Source: Coleofasciculus chthonoplastes F2-STO-03 (GTDB lineage Bacteria; Cyanobacteriota; Cyanobacteriia; Cyanobacteriales; Coleofasciculaceae). Taken from it: a stretch of 64,000 nucleotides of DNA. Position numbers and translations under genes: made by a program. Of this stretch, positions 50,404 to 60,869 are shown in pieces. The notes beneath the pieces are model-generated. The model did not search any database. It worked only from the letters and a program-made list of their open reading frames with translations, and had not been told where the DNA came from. The stretch's first letter is position 1, and every line of letters starts with the position of its first letter. The DNA lies in the NCBI GenBank assembly GCA_040222015.1, contig JAVJWO010000047.1:32001-96000 (forward strand). The letters run 5' to 3'.

Positions 50404-53400
50404 TCAATCGATAGGAATCACATCAAATTCAGTTTTCAAGCGCACACCGACATCGGTTTCGGAGAAGTTATTCCGTTGCTGGATGGTAAATCCTAAACGG
50501 AGATTGGATAAGAATCGGAAATCATAGAATAGTTCTAAAACGTCGGGATCTTCTTCTCCTTGGTTATTCGATAATTCTTGCCCATAGCCTAATCCTAGGC
50601 GATCATTTTGGGTAAATACATCCAAAAAGCTCACACCAAAACTATAGGTCGTCGCCGCTTCGTCAATTTCTCGGTTGATATACCGACCATAGCGACCAAA
50701 GATGCCCATATTCCAATCAGGGATAAAGTATTCAGCATTGAGACCATACGCCTCTTCCCGATCATCTTCTTCCAGTCCCACATTATTGTCCCCGCGTGCG
50801 ATGGAGAAAATTTCGTTAAATCCTGTTTCTGAACCCGCATCGCGATTGGTGGCATAAGTGCCGCGAATAATGCCATTGCCATAACGTAAACCCACTTCAC
50901 CGGCAAATCCATCTAAGGCAAAATCACCAATACTTCCCGATGATGAAAACGCCGCTGCTTTGGCTTCAATAGTGTCGGTCAATGTCCAATTAACCAAGAC
51001 GCCGGGACGAGAAGAAATTCCGGTGGCACTTAAGGCTGGATTGGTTTGAAAAACCGGATTAAAGAAATGGGTGACCCCATCTTTAGCAAAGCTATTGCGA
51101 TCAAAGTAAGACGTTAAATCGAGTTGACCGAGTACAAAGCGCAAATTCGGTAAATCGGTAAACGGAGCGGTAGAAAAATAGAGTTCATTAATGTTTAATC
51201 CCTGGTTGGGAGAATCAGCTAAACCACTATCTTCGCTAGTTAAATCTAACGTGGCAGCAAATAGCGCTTTCGGAGTTAGAGGATAGACACCAGCCAACCG
51301 CGCCCGCGCCACAGAAGAGTCGCCCTGTACCACATAGCTTCCTTGGAATGCTAAGGAAGGATCTCGTAAGGCTGTGCTGCGTAGTAGAGAGGAGGATGGA
51401 TTGGACTGAGGTCGTCTTAATGTTGGCGGAGGACTGGGAATGGGGGGAGGTAATGTTGGGTTAGCTGTACCGGGTACAACGACTGGATTGGGTGATCCGA
51501 AAGGAGACTGTGCCACTGTATTCATCCCATTGGACGGATTGACCGTGGGATTAACCATTGGAGGTAGTGCGGCTTGGGTTTGCGGCTGGACATAAACCTG
51601 TCCTGTCGCCGGATTATAACCGTTAAAATTTGGTGAATTTGGGTTAATTGGTGCAGGTAAAACGGCTTGGTTTTGCGGTAAATAGGAAACCTGTCCGCTA
51701 CCCGGATTATAACCGTTAAAATTTTGGGGATTTGGATTAATCGGTGCAGGTAAAACGGCTTGGTTTTGAGGTAAGTAGGAAACCTGTCCGCCACCCGGAT
51801 TATAACCGTTAAAATTTGGTGAATTTGGATTAATTGGTGCAGGTAAAACGGCTTGGTTTTGCGGTAAATAGGAAACCTGTCCGCTACCCGAATTATAACC
51901 GTTAAAATTTTGGGGATTTGGATTAATCGGTGCAGGTAAAACGGCTTGGTTTTGAGGTAAGTAGGAAAACTGTCCGCCACCAGGATTATAGGGATTAAAC
52001 CCAACTGGAATCTGAGTCGGTACCGTTAAGCCAACTTGGGACATTTGGGGAATGTAAGCAACCTGCCCCCCGCCCACGTTATAAGGATTTCCCCCCATGG
52101 GAACTCCCATGGGTTGTACTGGCACAAGGATAAAGGTTTGAGGCAAATAAGGAACTTGTCCTCCCCCTGGGTTGTAGGGATTACCCCCTAGAGGCATTCC
52201 CATGGTTTGGACAGGAACTAAGATTACGGTTTGAGGCAGATAAGGGACTTGTCCCCCTGGATTGTAAGGATTGACTCCTCCAGGAAAACCCTGAGTTGAC
52301 ACAGGAATAAAGTTAGGAGTGGGGACAATATAAGAGGGTTGTCCTCCCGGTTGGTTGTAGGGATTGACACCTGCTGTCCCAGCACCGGGCATAGGGATAA
52401 GATTAGGCGTTTGGGTGACAAAAGAAGAGGATTGTCCCCCAGGTTGGTTGTAAAGATTATTACCCATAGCCGCCCCCGCATTGGGCATGGGGATAACCGT
52501 AGGCGTTTGGGTTCCAGACAGGGACTGTCCCCAGGTTGGGGTGTAGGAGTTAGGACTCATCGCCGCCCCAGTACCGGCCGTAGGGATAGTATTAGGTGTT
52601 TGAGTAAACGAAGAGGGCTGTCCCCAAGTTTGGGTGTAGGGATTCACGCCCTGGGGTTGAACATTCGGTGAAACAACCGTGGGAAAGGCGGGAAGCTGTC
52701 TTGAGTTAGATCCCGTAGAACCCAGAGGAATCGAGTTTGTCGGTACAGGGAGGGGAGATGAATTTTGGAACAGAGTTGGAAGCTGCGCCACCTTCACCTC
52801 GAAGGTATCCCTAAACCGGACTGAGGTTTCAGTGGTAAGGGGTTGGTTACAGGGGGTTGAATCGTGACAATTGTGATCAGAGGAAAATTCGGGAATAAAC
52901 GGTTCTTCCTCAATAGCTAAGGGTTGGTGAGCAGAGTTTAAAGCTAGTTCTAATAAACCCGACTGAGTTGATAGACTAGCTTGAATCGGGGGATTGGGGA
53001 TGGGGGAAGCAATACGGTTGGAATACGCTCTAGTTTCTACGTCTTCTGTTCTCCCTGTTCCGCTATCTTTTGCCCTATCGATGGAGGCGGGATTATTGTC
53101 GTTATTTTGTCGTTCCTCGTGTCTGGCTGGAACGGTTTGGTCAAGGGTTTCATCAATTTTCGCCGCAATAGCATTAGGTTCAAGGGCTACGACTGAAGGG
53201 TTAGAATTCAGGCTTGTCGAGCCAGCAGTATCTCGTCTTGAGACATGCTCCACCCTTTGGGCAGAAACGGGCGCTGGATCTGGATGTTGGTTTAGCTCAG
53301 AACCAGGTTTATGCAAGCGATCGGCTTGATTCAGAGATAATTGGAAATCACCGGACGGTTTTTCTTGTCCAATATCTTGTTGATTGGCGACTTCTGAGTC

Positions 53401-53580
53401 AGGTAGAGTCGCCTGAGCGGGTTTAATTTCAAGTAATCCTAGCGTCCAGAAAACGATAAGTGATCCAATACTAAGCAGATTAATCCATAGCAGCGGCTTA
53501 AGCAAGCCGAATCGTTGAGAATCAGGGACTATTAAGTTCATTACCGGAGTTGGTTTGACCGATTGATGTTTGCCCTGCAC
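50404..53580 (-). CDS. Carbohydrate porin (OprB-like) with long low-complexity N-terminal region
   Basis: C-terminal beta-rich region (INELYF, GQLDLTSYFDRNSFA, FGRYG, LELFYDF) after Pro/Gln/Asn/Gly/Tyr repeats. Confidence 0.7.
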   Translation of the reverse strand: MQGKHQSVKPTPVMNLIVPDSQRFGLLKPLLWINLLSIGSLIVFWTLGLLEIKPAQATLPDSEVANQQDIGQEKPSGDFQLSLNQADRLHKPGSELNQHPDPAPVSAQRVEHVSRRDTAGSTSLNSNPSVVALEPNAIAAKIDETLDQTVPARHEERQNNDNNPASIDRAKDSGTGRTEDVETRAYSNRIASPIPNPPIQASLSTQSGLLELALNSAHQPLAIEEEPFIPEFSSDHNCHDSTPCNQPLTTETSVRFRDTFEVKVAQLPTLFQNSSPLPVPTNSIPLGSTGSNSRQLPAFPTVVSPNVQPQGVNPYTQTWGQPSSFTQTPNTIPTAGTGAAMSPNSYTPTWGQSLSGTQTPTVIPMPNAGAAMGNNLYNQPGGQSSSFVTQTPNLIPMPGAGTAGVNPYNQPGGQPSYIVPTPNFIPVSTQGFPGGVNPYNPGGQVPYLPQTVILVPVQTMGMPLGGNPYNPGGGQVPYLPQTFILVPVQPMGVPMGGNPYNVGGGQVAYIPQMSQVGLTVPTQIPVGFNPYNPGGGQFSYLPQNQAVLPAPINPNPQNFNGYNSGSGQVSYLPQNQAVLPAPINPNSPNFNGYNPGGGQVSYLPQNQAVLPAPINPNPQNFNGYNPGSGQVSYLPQNQAVLPAPINPNSPNFNGYNPATGQVYVQPQTQAALPPMVNPTVNPSNGMNTVAQSPFGSPNPVVVPGTANPTLPPPIPSPPPTLRRPQSNPSSSLLRSTALRDPSLAFQGSYVVQGDSSVARARLAGVYPLTPKALFAATLDLTSEDSGLADSPNQGLNINELYFSTAPFTDLPNLRFVLGQLDLTSYFDRNSFAKDGVTHFFNPVFQTNPALSATGISSRPGVLVNWTLTDTIEAKAAAFSSSGSIGDFALDGFAGEVGLRYGNGIIRGTYATNRDAGSETGFNEIFSIARGDNNVGLEEDDREEAYGLNAEYFIPDWNMGIFGRYGRYINREIDEAATTYSFGVSFLDVFTQNDRLGLGYGQELSNNQGEEDPDVLELFYDFRFLSNLRLGFTIQQRNNFSETDVGVRLKTEFDVIPID
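51600..51975 (-). repeat. Four intragenic 93-bp (31-aa) tandem repeats
   Basis: QVSYLPQNQAVLPAPINPN(PQ/SP)NFNGYNxGxG four times, alternating A-B-A-B. Confidence 0.92.
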
Positions 53581-54748
53581 CCTGTCGCCACTTTAGCAAA
53601 GGACTTAGTCCTTGGCGATTCATATAACCTTGGTTGAATGAAGGTTGAATCTTGTCTTAATAGATAATGGAGGATAGCCAGTGACGCTTTTTGGTTATAA
53701 ACATCCACCTGCTTTAGCTAAAACCACTCGGTTACGTCTGAATTCCAGAAAATTGATAGGTCAATTCCCACCATATTTTTTAGGGTACTCTTGCCGCAAC
53801 CGTTCACCTACGAACTAATCCTCACCCGGAAATTTTGCCGAGTCAATGATAGTTGACTAAACAATTTAAGGGAGTTAATTCGAGAAACGTTTAGCTGTAA
53901 ATAGAACGGTTTGGGCAAAGCCTGAATCCGTCCCCTAGTAATTTCACCCAAAGGTACAAGGCATTGAGCGCCCGAAGCCTTGAGTGACTATTCCTGCGCT
54001 CGTTGCCGAAACAGCGATCGCGTTCTCATCAACCTCCTTTGATCAGATCAAAAGTTCAATCAGCTAACGGTGTTGGCGAGTGCAACACTATAACAGATGC
54101 AGATACTTTGACTTTACCGAATGGGTACTCATTTCGTAGACCGTATTTTCACAAATTTTTCGCTCTTAGAGCGAAAATTGCACCCCTGAGTAATTTTTAG
54201 CTCATCTGGCGATAGGTTCCCTAGGCTGTAATTTTTCATTCAGCGCGGGATGAATCACCAGTCCCTATCTAGTTTAATGCGTCCGTTAAGAGAGCCTCCA
54301 TAACCTTTGGGGAATTGGAGTGGCAAGTGAGCATTCCTCTACAACTACGCCTTAACTTCTCAGTTTTAACATATTGAAAGAATTTGCCAAGGGGAATCAG
54401 GGGATAAGGCTTTAGCCTGGGTGTAAGTATCTGAACATACAATTCTGTTCACTTTACTAAGAAATGTTAACAAGCCTCAAACCCTTACTGTTGCCTGTTG
54501 CCTGTTGCCTAATCTCCACCGTTAACTTTACTTTTGTCAGACTACTTAGTACATCTGGACGGGGGGAACTTCAGCTTAAAGAAGCGATCGCAGAGCAGGG
54601 GGCTAGCCATTTTCATTTTACTTACGCCGATTTATCACACTCTCGTTGTCGATACTGCCATGTCTTTTGTCCGAGAGCTGGATTAGCTGGGGTGCGTTCA
54701 ATCGTTTTAGATTAGAGGTAAGGATGTAATGATTCAAGAGGTCTGATT

Positions 54749-55348
54749 GTGGTCTTTGCTCAAACCAGTTCCCCAGATGTAGGAACAACTCGCCTCACGC
54801 TAGACGAGTATCGGGCGATGGAAGAAACCCACCCGGAACGTCATGAATACCGCAACGGAGAGATTATTACAATGTCGGGAGGTTCTGAAGCCCATAGTGC
54901 GATCGCTAGCAACTTATTAATTTACTTGGGGTTTTTGCTCAGAGATACCGATTTTCGTTTGTATAACAGCGACTTGCGAGTTTGGATTCCTGAATATCAG
55001 TGTGGGACTTATACTGATTTGATGGTGGTTAATGGCTTCCCAGAGTTCAATGGTGAGCGCAATGATGAAATTCTCAATCCTTTCCTGATTGTCGAAGTTC
55101 TATCGCCTTCTACGGAAGCCTATGATCGAGGTGAAAAGTTCAGAAAATATCGTTCTCTTGCTAGTTTTTGTGAATATCTGCTGGTGAGCCAAGCTGAACC
55201 CTACATTGAGCAGTATCATAATCTTGAGCCTAGCAGTAATGATCGCTGGCTGTGGCAAGTGTACTCTAACCTTGAGCAGGTGATCGTCCTGCACAGTTTA
55301 AACATAGAAGTTCCCCTGTCTGAAATCTATCGTCGCATTAATTTTTAA
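54749..55348 (+). CDS. Uma2 family endonuclease-like protein
   Basis: RHEYRNGEIITMSGGSEAH, YTDLMVV and IVEVLSPSTEAYDRGEKF. Confidence 0.93.
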   Translation: MVFAQTSSPDVGTTRLTLDEYRAMEETHPERHEYRNGEIITMSGGSEAHSAIASNLLIYLGFLLRDTDFRLYNSDLRVWIPEYQCGTYTDLMVVNGFPEFNGERNDEILNPFLIVEVLSPSTEAYDRGEKFRKYRSLASFCEYLLVSQAEPYIEQYHNLEPSSNDRWLWQVYSNLEQVIVLHSLNIEVPLSEIYRRINF

Positions 55349-55580
55349 GGGTTATTTCGGCGGACATGATATCAAACCCTTACACTTACAAAGGACGAAG
55401 GACGAATGACAAATGACGAATGACGTAGCTTGCTTCTCGCTCTCGCGAGTTCTTCACCGTTCACGTTAATTATGTCCACCTACTTATAACCCAGCACTCT
55501 AATCTGCGATTAGAGTGCTGGAGGATGTCACGCGAAGGGAAACAACCAAACCCACCCCTATCAATCAACACTTAGAAAAA

Positions 55581-56948
55581 TTAACGCCCAACTCCGACAT
55601 AGCGGAACCCAGCGTCTTCTAGCACGTTAGGATCGAGAAAGTTACGACCATCAATAAGCACGGCATTATGCATCAGCTTCGCCATCTTGCCATAATCCAG
55701 ACTCTGGAATTGTTCCCAGTCGGTGACTAATACCAAAGCGTCACAGCCATCTGCCAAGCGATCGGGATCACCTTCCACCTGCACACCAGATATACCGTGA
55801 CTCATCCCACTCGATGAAATAATCGGATCATAAGCCTTGACTTTTGCGCCCAACCGATTGAGATTTTCAATCAGAATCAATGCGGGAGCATCGCGCATAT
55901 CATCCGTATCCGGCTTAAAGGTTAATCCCAACAATCCTACTGTTTTACCTTTGAGGATTTTAAGTTCTTGCTGGAGTTTTTCCACAGCAATTAAGCGCTG
56001 ACGATGATTGACACTCACCGCTGCTTTCAACAGTTGAGCATCGAACCCATAATCATCCGCCGTATGAATCAACGCCGAGACATCCTTCGGAAAACAGGAA
56101 CCGCCCCAACCAATCCCAGCTTGCAGGAATTTACCACCAATGCGAGTATCTAAACCAATGCCTTGGGCGACTTGAGTCACATCCGCGCCCACGCGATCGC
56201 AGATATTGGCGATTTCGTTAATGAAGCTAATTTTGGTGGCTAAAAAGGAATTGGAGGCATATTTCACCATTTCCGCTGAACTCAAATCCGTCACCACTAC
56301 CGGAACCGGGGGTAGGGATTTATCTTCAGCAGGTTCACGCTTAACGATTGGCGCATAGAGTTCCTGCATCATGGAAATAGCGCGATCGCTATTACTCCCC
56401 AACACAATGCGATCGGGGTTAAAGGTATCATAAATCGCTGATCCTTCCCGCAAAAACTCCGGATTACTCACCACATCAAACTCAACACTTGTGTCTGACG
56501 TCGTACCTCCAGAGGACTTCTGGTGAGCAGTGACACCATCCATGACAATCATTCGTACCCAATCCCCAGAACCAATGGGCACTGTTGACTTATTCACAAT
56601 CACCTTGTAGCCCCCATTCAGGTGATTGCCGATCCCACGGGCTACGGCTTCCACATAGCGAGTATCACTTTCACCATTGGGTAATGCTGGCGTTCCCACC
56701 GCAATAAACAGAATTTCGCCATGAGCGACACCCCTCGCCAAATCCGAGGTAAACTCCAAACTGCCCGCATTACTGCAAGCTTGCATCAGTTCCGATAGTC
56801 CCGGCTCATAGATGGGCGACTGTCCTGATTTCATTAATTTGACTTTTTCTTCATTGTTATCCACACAGATAACATGGTGTCCGATATGGGCTAAGCACAC
56901 CCCGGTTACTAAGCCAACATATCCAGTACCAATAACACAAACGCGCAT
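55581..56948 (-). CDS. ugd: UDP-glucose 6-dehydrogenase
   Basis: IGTGYVG, NKSTVP, SNPEFLREG, GWGGSCFPKD and FKPDTDDMR. Confidence 0.95.
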   Translation of the reverse strand: MRVCVIGTGYVGLVTGVCLAHIGHHVICVDNNEEKVKLMKSGQSPIYEPGLSELMQACSNAGSLEFTSDLARGVAHGEILFIAVGTPALPNGESDTRYVEAVARGIGNHLNGGYKVIVNKSTVPIGSGDWVRMIVMDGVTAHQKSSGGTTSDTSVEFDVVSNPEFLREGSAIYDTFNPDRIVLGSNSDRAISMMQELYAPIVKREPAEDKSLPPVPVVVTDLSSAEMVKYASNSFLATKISFINEIANICDRVGADVTQVAQGIGLDTRIGGKFLQAGIGWGGSCFPKDVSALIHTADDYGFDAQLLKAAVSVNHRQRLIAVEKLQQELKILKGKTVGLLGLTFKPDTDDMRDAPALILIENLNRLGAKVKAYDPIISSSGMSHGISGVQVEGDPDRLADGCDALVLVTDWEQFQSLDYGKMAKLMHNAVLIDGRNFLDPNVLEDAGFRYVGVGR

Positions 56949-57075
56949 GAGCTGATCCTCTCTGGTAGATGGTAGGACTCAGGGCTATCTAGCGGATTGA
57001 TTCGTGTCCTAGTAAGCCCCTATGCCCCTATGAGTTAATACTGTAGTCGCTTAACTGGAAACAAGGGAATACCCT

Positions 57076-59004
57076 TCAGCCGTTAAGCGATCGCGCGCGG
57101 AAATCCTCAACAGTCGTTTTTAACCCCTCCTGTAAAGGTATAGTCGGTTGCCAACCCAATAACGTCTTCGCTTTCGTAATATCCGGACGGCGACGTTGCG
57201 GGTCATCTTGCGGTAAATCCTGAAAGATAATTTCTGAATCCGGATTCACCATATTTTGCACCGCCTGCGCCAATTGTAAAATCGTATACTCATCCGGATT
57301 CCCCAGATTAATCGGTCCGGTATGCTCATTATTCATCAACCGAATTAATCCTTCTACTAAATCCGATACATAACAGAAACTGCGCGTTTGTGAACCCTTA
57401 CCATACACCGTTAACGATTCACCTTTAAGCGCTTGCACCACAAAATTACTTACAACTCGCCCATCATTTTCCAGCATCCGAGAGCCGTAGGTATTAAAAA
57501 TACGAGCCACCCGAATGTCCACACCGTTTTGCAGATGGTAATCAAACGCCAACGTTTCCGCCACTCGTTTCCCCTCGTCGTAACAGTTCCCGCAAAACGC
57601 GACTCGTCCATGGCGACGCACACACACCACATGATTCTGCACATTAACGCAGTAAACATTGCCAGCATATCGAAATGGCTCTGGGGTGACTAAATGAGCG
57701 TCTTTTATCGGTCGAATATTCACCCGATATAAATCACGACCTACAGCATGAGACACAACAGACGCCGCATAACCGCAACGCATGGCTAACTCTTGGACAT
57801 CATCAGCCAGTTGTTTTGATTTCGTGTAATAAACATAGCCATCTCCGCGCTGGGAATCATCTCCCATCATCAGCGCCTTAAACAAAATCAGCGACTGACG
57901 CTTGGATAATGATAAAAACTGGCGCGGAATATATTTATCACCCGACTTACCTAGAGGGAGTAAAATTTCTGCCAGTTGTTTACTACAAATCCTGAATTGG
58001 TGGTCATCCGATGAGAAAAACTTAAAGCCGAGGTTGGTTAAACAGTGGGTGATTTTGGCTCGACCTTCTGGATTTTCTTGAGCAATCAGGATGTTATAAT
58101 CAGCTACCTCATAGTCACGTCCACCAACAACCCGCCCTCGTCGTCGGACATGAACGCAGCCTTCAGAAATGTAGTAACCGAGGAATTCCAACCAATCATC
58201 CATCCGAATTCGCTCGATGCTAACCTTCGCGTTTTTCGGTGCAGTTTCCAGTTCAAACCATTCTGGTTCTTCTCCCTGAAACTCACCCCCAGTAGGGACA
58301 CGCCAAGAATGCCAATGTCGGTCTTCATCCGCACGCAAAAATTGCAATTTTCCGGTTTTACTGCGTACATACATCCAGTGATTTGGCGTTACACACAGAT
58401 CGAATTTAGCATTGGCAAACCGGAGCAAATTACCCACGTAAGGCTGCACAATATACTCGTCCGGGACGTGATACTCGACTTGATTATCGGGATTAAGAGT
58501 CGCCACTCGCACCCCTGGCTGTAATTGGGGAAAAGGAACCCAGCCATTTTCCGTTAAAATTTCAGTTTCAGCGTCGTAACAACTGCGGGGTCCAATTGGA
58601 TTAACATTTCCTCGGTATTCTTCGGGTTGAGGATGAACTTCCGGATCACCATACACTTCCGAGGTTGAAGCTAATAAAAATCTCGCCCCTACCCGCTTGG
58701 CTAACCCCAACATATAGAGGGTACCCATAACATTGGTTTTAATCGTCTTGACAGGATTGTACTGATAGTGTATTGGCGAAGCCGGACAAGCCAGATGATA
58801 AATTTGGTCAACCTCGACGCGAATCGGTTCGGTAATATCGTGGCGGATCAGTTCAAAGTAGGGATGATTCAGCCATTTGACGATATTTCGCTTGGTGCCA
58901 GTATAGAAGTTATCCAGACAGAGAACTTCATGACCTGCTTCCATTAACCGATCAACGAGATGGGAACCAATAAAACCAGCACCACCTGTAACTAGAATTC
59001 TCAT
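57076..59004 (-). CDS. UDP-glucuronate decarboxylase (UDP-xylose synthase) containing an intein
   Basis: TGGAGFIGSHL, HLACPASP, ASTSEVYG, CYDEGKR, DGRVVSNF and QTRSFCYVSD; about 310 aa after removing the insert. Confidence 0.93.
   Translation of the reverse strand: MRILVTGGAGFIGSHLVDRLMEAGHEVLCLDNFYTGTKRNIVKWLNHPYFELIRHDITEPIRVEVDQIYHLACPASPIHYQYNPVKTIKTNVMGTLYMLGLAKRVGARFLLASTSEVYGDPEVHPQPEEYRGNVNPIGPRSCYDAETEILTENGWVPFPQLQPGVRVATLNPDNQVEYHVPDEYIVQPYVGNLLRFANAKFDLCVTPNHWMYVRSKTGKLQFLRADEDRHWHSWRVPTGGEFQGEEPEWFELETAPKNAKVSIERIRMDDWLEFLGYYISEGCVHVRRRGRVVGGRDYEVADYNILIAQENPEGRAKITHCLTNLGFKFFSSDDHQFRICSKQLAEILLPLGKSGDKYIPRQFLSLSKRQSLILFKALMMGDDSQRGDGYVYYTKSKQLADDVQELAMRCGYAASVVSHAVGRDLYRVNIRPIKDAHLVTPEPFRYAGNVYCVNVQNHVVCVRRHGRVAFCGNCYDEGKRVAETLAFDYHLQNGVDIRVARIFNTYGSRMLENDGRVVSNFVVQALKGESLTVYGKGSQTRSFCYVSDLVEGLIRLMNNEHTGPINLGNPDEYTILQLAQAVQNMVNPDSEIIFQDLPQDDPQRRRPDITKAKTLLGWQPTIPLQEGLKTTVEDFRARSLNG
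57586..58581 (-). mobile_element. Intein (332 aa) with LAGLIDADG-type homing endonuclease region
   Basis: Starts CYDAETEILTENGW (block A), has VTPNH (block B), FLGYYISEG and ALMMGDDS (LAGLIDADG-like), and ends VYCVNV..FCGN/C. Confidence 0.93.
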
Positions 59005-59084
59005 AGGTTTTTCCGAATAGAGCGATCGCGTAAGCTTAGTGCGGTAAAGTATCAAGCTCTACCATGTTACAATATAGCGATGGT

Positions 59085-60460
59085 GAAAGCCTCTGTGCTC
59101 TCTTCCAGGGGATGAAACCGAGTTCGGCGTATAGCCAAGCAACTTTAGTTGCGAGTGTTAATCAGCTTGTACCATAATTCTACTATAAGTTTGACGTGGT
59201 AAAATGATTGTCTACGAGGGCAAACTAAAAGGTAAAGAGTATCAGTATAGACGGCTTGATGAAGCTATCCGTACTGGCTTGTTTATCCGTAATGCTTGCC
59301 TTCGCTATTGGGAGGATGGTCATGCTAAGAGCCGGAATGATTTCTCTAAATACTGCACAGTACTTGGGCATTGCCAAAAATTTCCGTGGGCGAGAAAGCT
59401 AAACTCACAAGCCCGACAAGCTATGTCTGAGCGCACCTGGGCTAGTATTAGCCGATTCTTTGATAACTGCAAAAAGAAAATTCCCGGCAAGAAGGGCTAC
59501 CCCAAATACAAAAAAAACCGTCCTAATCACGGTTCCGTGGAGTACAAAACATCCGGATGGAAACTATCAGAGAATCGCGACCAGATCACATTCACTGACG
59601 GTTTTCAAGCCGGAACGTTTAAGCTATATGGGACTCGTGACCTAAACTACTACCAACTTGGGTCAATCAAGAGGGTTAGGATAGTTCGCCGCGCCGATGG
59701 TTATTATGTTCAGTTTTGTATAGACCATGACAGAACTGAAGATAGGGAGCCAAAGGGCAATACTGTAGGATTAGATGTTGGGTTAAACCACTTCTATACC
59801 GACTCAAACGGTCAAACGGTTGATAATCCGAGATTTTTGAGGAAGTCAGAAAGGCAACTAAAACGTCTCCAGAAGCGGGTATCTAGGAAGTTTAAGAAGG
59901 GTCAACCCCAGTCCAATAACTACAAGAAGGCTAAACAGAGGTTAGCCAAGAAGCACTTAAAAGTCAGCAGGCAACGTAAAGACTTTGCAGTTAAGACGGC
60001 ATTGTGCGTAGTCCGGTCTAACGACTTGGTAGCCTACGAGGACTTGCAAGTGCGGAATATGGTCAAGAATCATCATCTGGCTAAATCGATCAGCGACGCA
60101 GCTTGGTCTGAATTTCGTAGATGGCTTGAGTATTTTGGGAGAGTATTTGGTGTGGCGACGGTTGCCGTTAAGCCTCACTACACCTCCCAGAACTGTTCCA
60201 ATTGCGGTTGTGTTGTGAAGAAAACGCTCTCAACGAGAACACACCAGTGTAAATGCGGATGTGTCTTAGACCGTGATTGGAATGCAGCCATCAACATACT
60301 CAAAGAGGCACTTCGTACTGTGGGACACACAGGAACGCTCCAGGATTACTGGATAAACGCTTCGGGACAACTTGCCCTCTGGGGTATTGATGAAAATCAA
60401 TATTCTAAGGTGATTGGATGAACGAAGAATCCCCCGCGTTTTCAACCGGGGGAGTGTCAA
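59085..60460 (+). mobile_element. tnpB-only IS200/IS605 (IS1341-like) element
   Basis: Right end GAATCCCCCG..CGGGGGAGTGTCAA at 60427-60460. No tnpA; left end approximate. Confidence 0.75.
59204..60421 (+). CDS. tnpB: TnpB RNA-guided endonuclease (IS200/IS605 family)
   Basis: GLDVG, AYEDL, TSQNCSNCG..CKCG and DRDWNAAINI; RuvC D-E-D appears intact. Confidence 0.95.
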   Translation: MIVYEGKLKGKEYQYRRLDEAIRTGLFIRNACLRYWEDGHAKSRNDFSKYCTVLGHCQKFPWARKLNSQARQAMSERTWASISRFFDNCKKKIPGKKGYPKYKKNRPNHGSVEYKTSGWKLSENRDQITFTDGFQAGTFKLYGTRDLNYYQLGSIKRVRIVRRADGYYVQFCIDHDRTEDREPKGNTVGLDVGLNHFYTDSNGQTVDNPRFLRKSERQLKRLQKRVSRKFKKGQPQSNNYKKAKQRLAKKHLKVSRQRKDFAVKTALCVVRSNDLVAYEDLQVRNMVKNHHLAKSISDAAWSEFRRWLEYFGRVFGVATVAVKPHYTSQNCSNCGCVVKKTLSTRTHQCKCGCVLDRDWNAAINILKEALRTVGHTGTLQDYWINASGQLALWGIDENQYSKVIG

Positions 60461-60869
60461 ATTGAAATCCAGACTGGCAAGTCCTTGCCATGCTGAAAAT
60501 CGCTTAATTCCTTTCAGGACGTGAAATTGAGACAAATTCAACGCCCAACCCCTGACAATCGCTCTTGCCTGTGGTTATGATATTAGTTGAACTTTCTTAA
60601 CACAACTAGATCTTAGGCAAACCAACGCGGTTTAGGGTGCAGGATTTGAGCGTTGACGTGCCATACCTCAAGAGTTTTACCTGATTCGCTAACAAAACTG
60701 CCAAATTTATTTTGGCTCAAAGGTTGTCGCTCGATCCTCACGGATCGAAGTGAGGCTGTAACCTGGCACAACGTTGCTGGGAGGTTTCTGAGGGGAATTT
60801 TATGGCAATTTTTCCGTCAGAGATATTAATTCGGTGCTTGATTTGTATCTACCTGCTTGAACTTAATTT

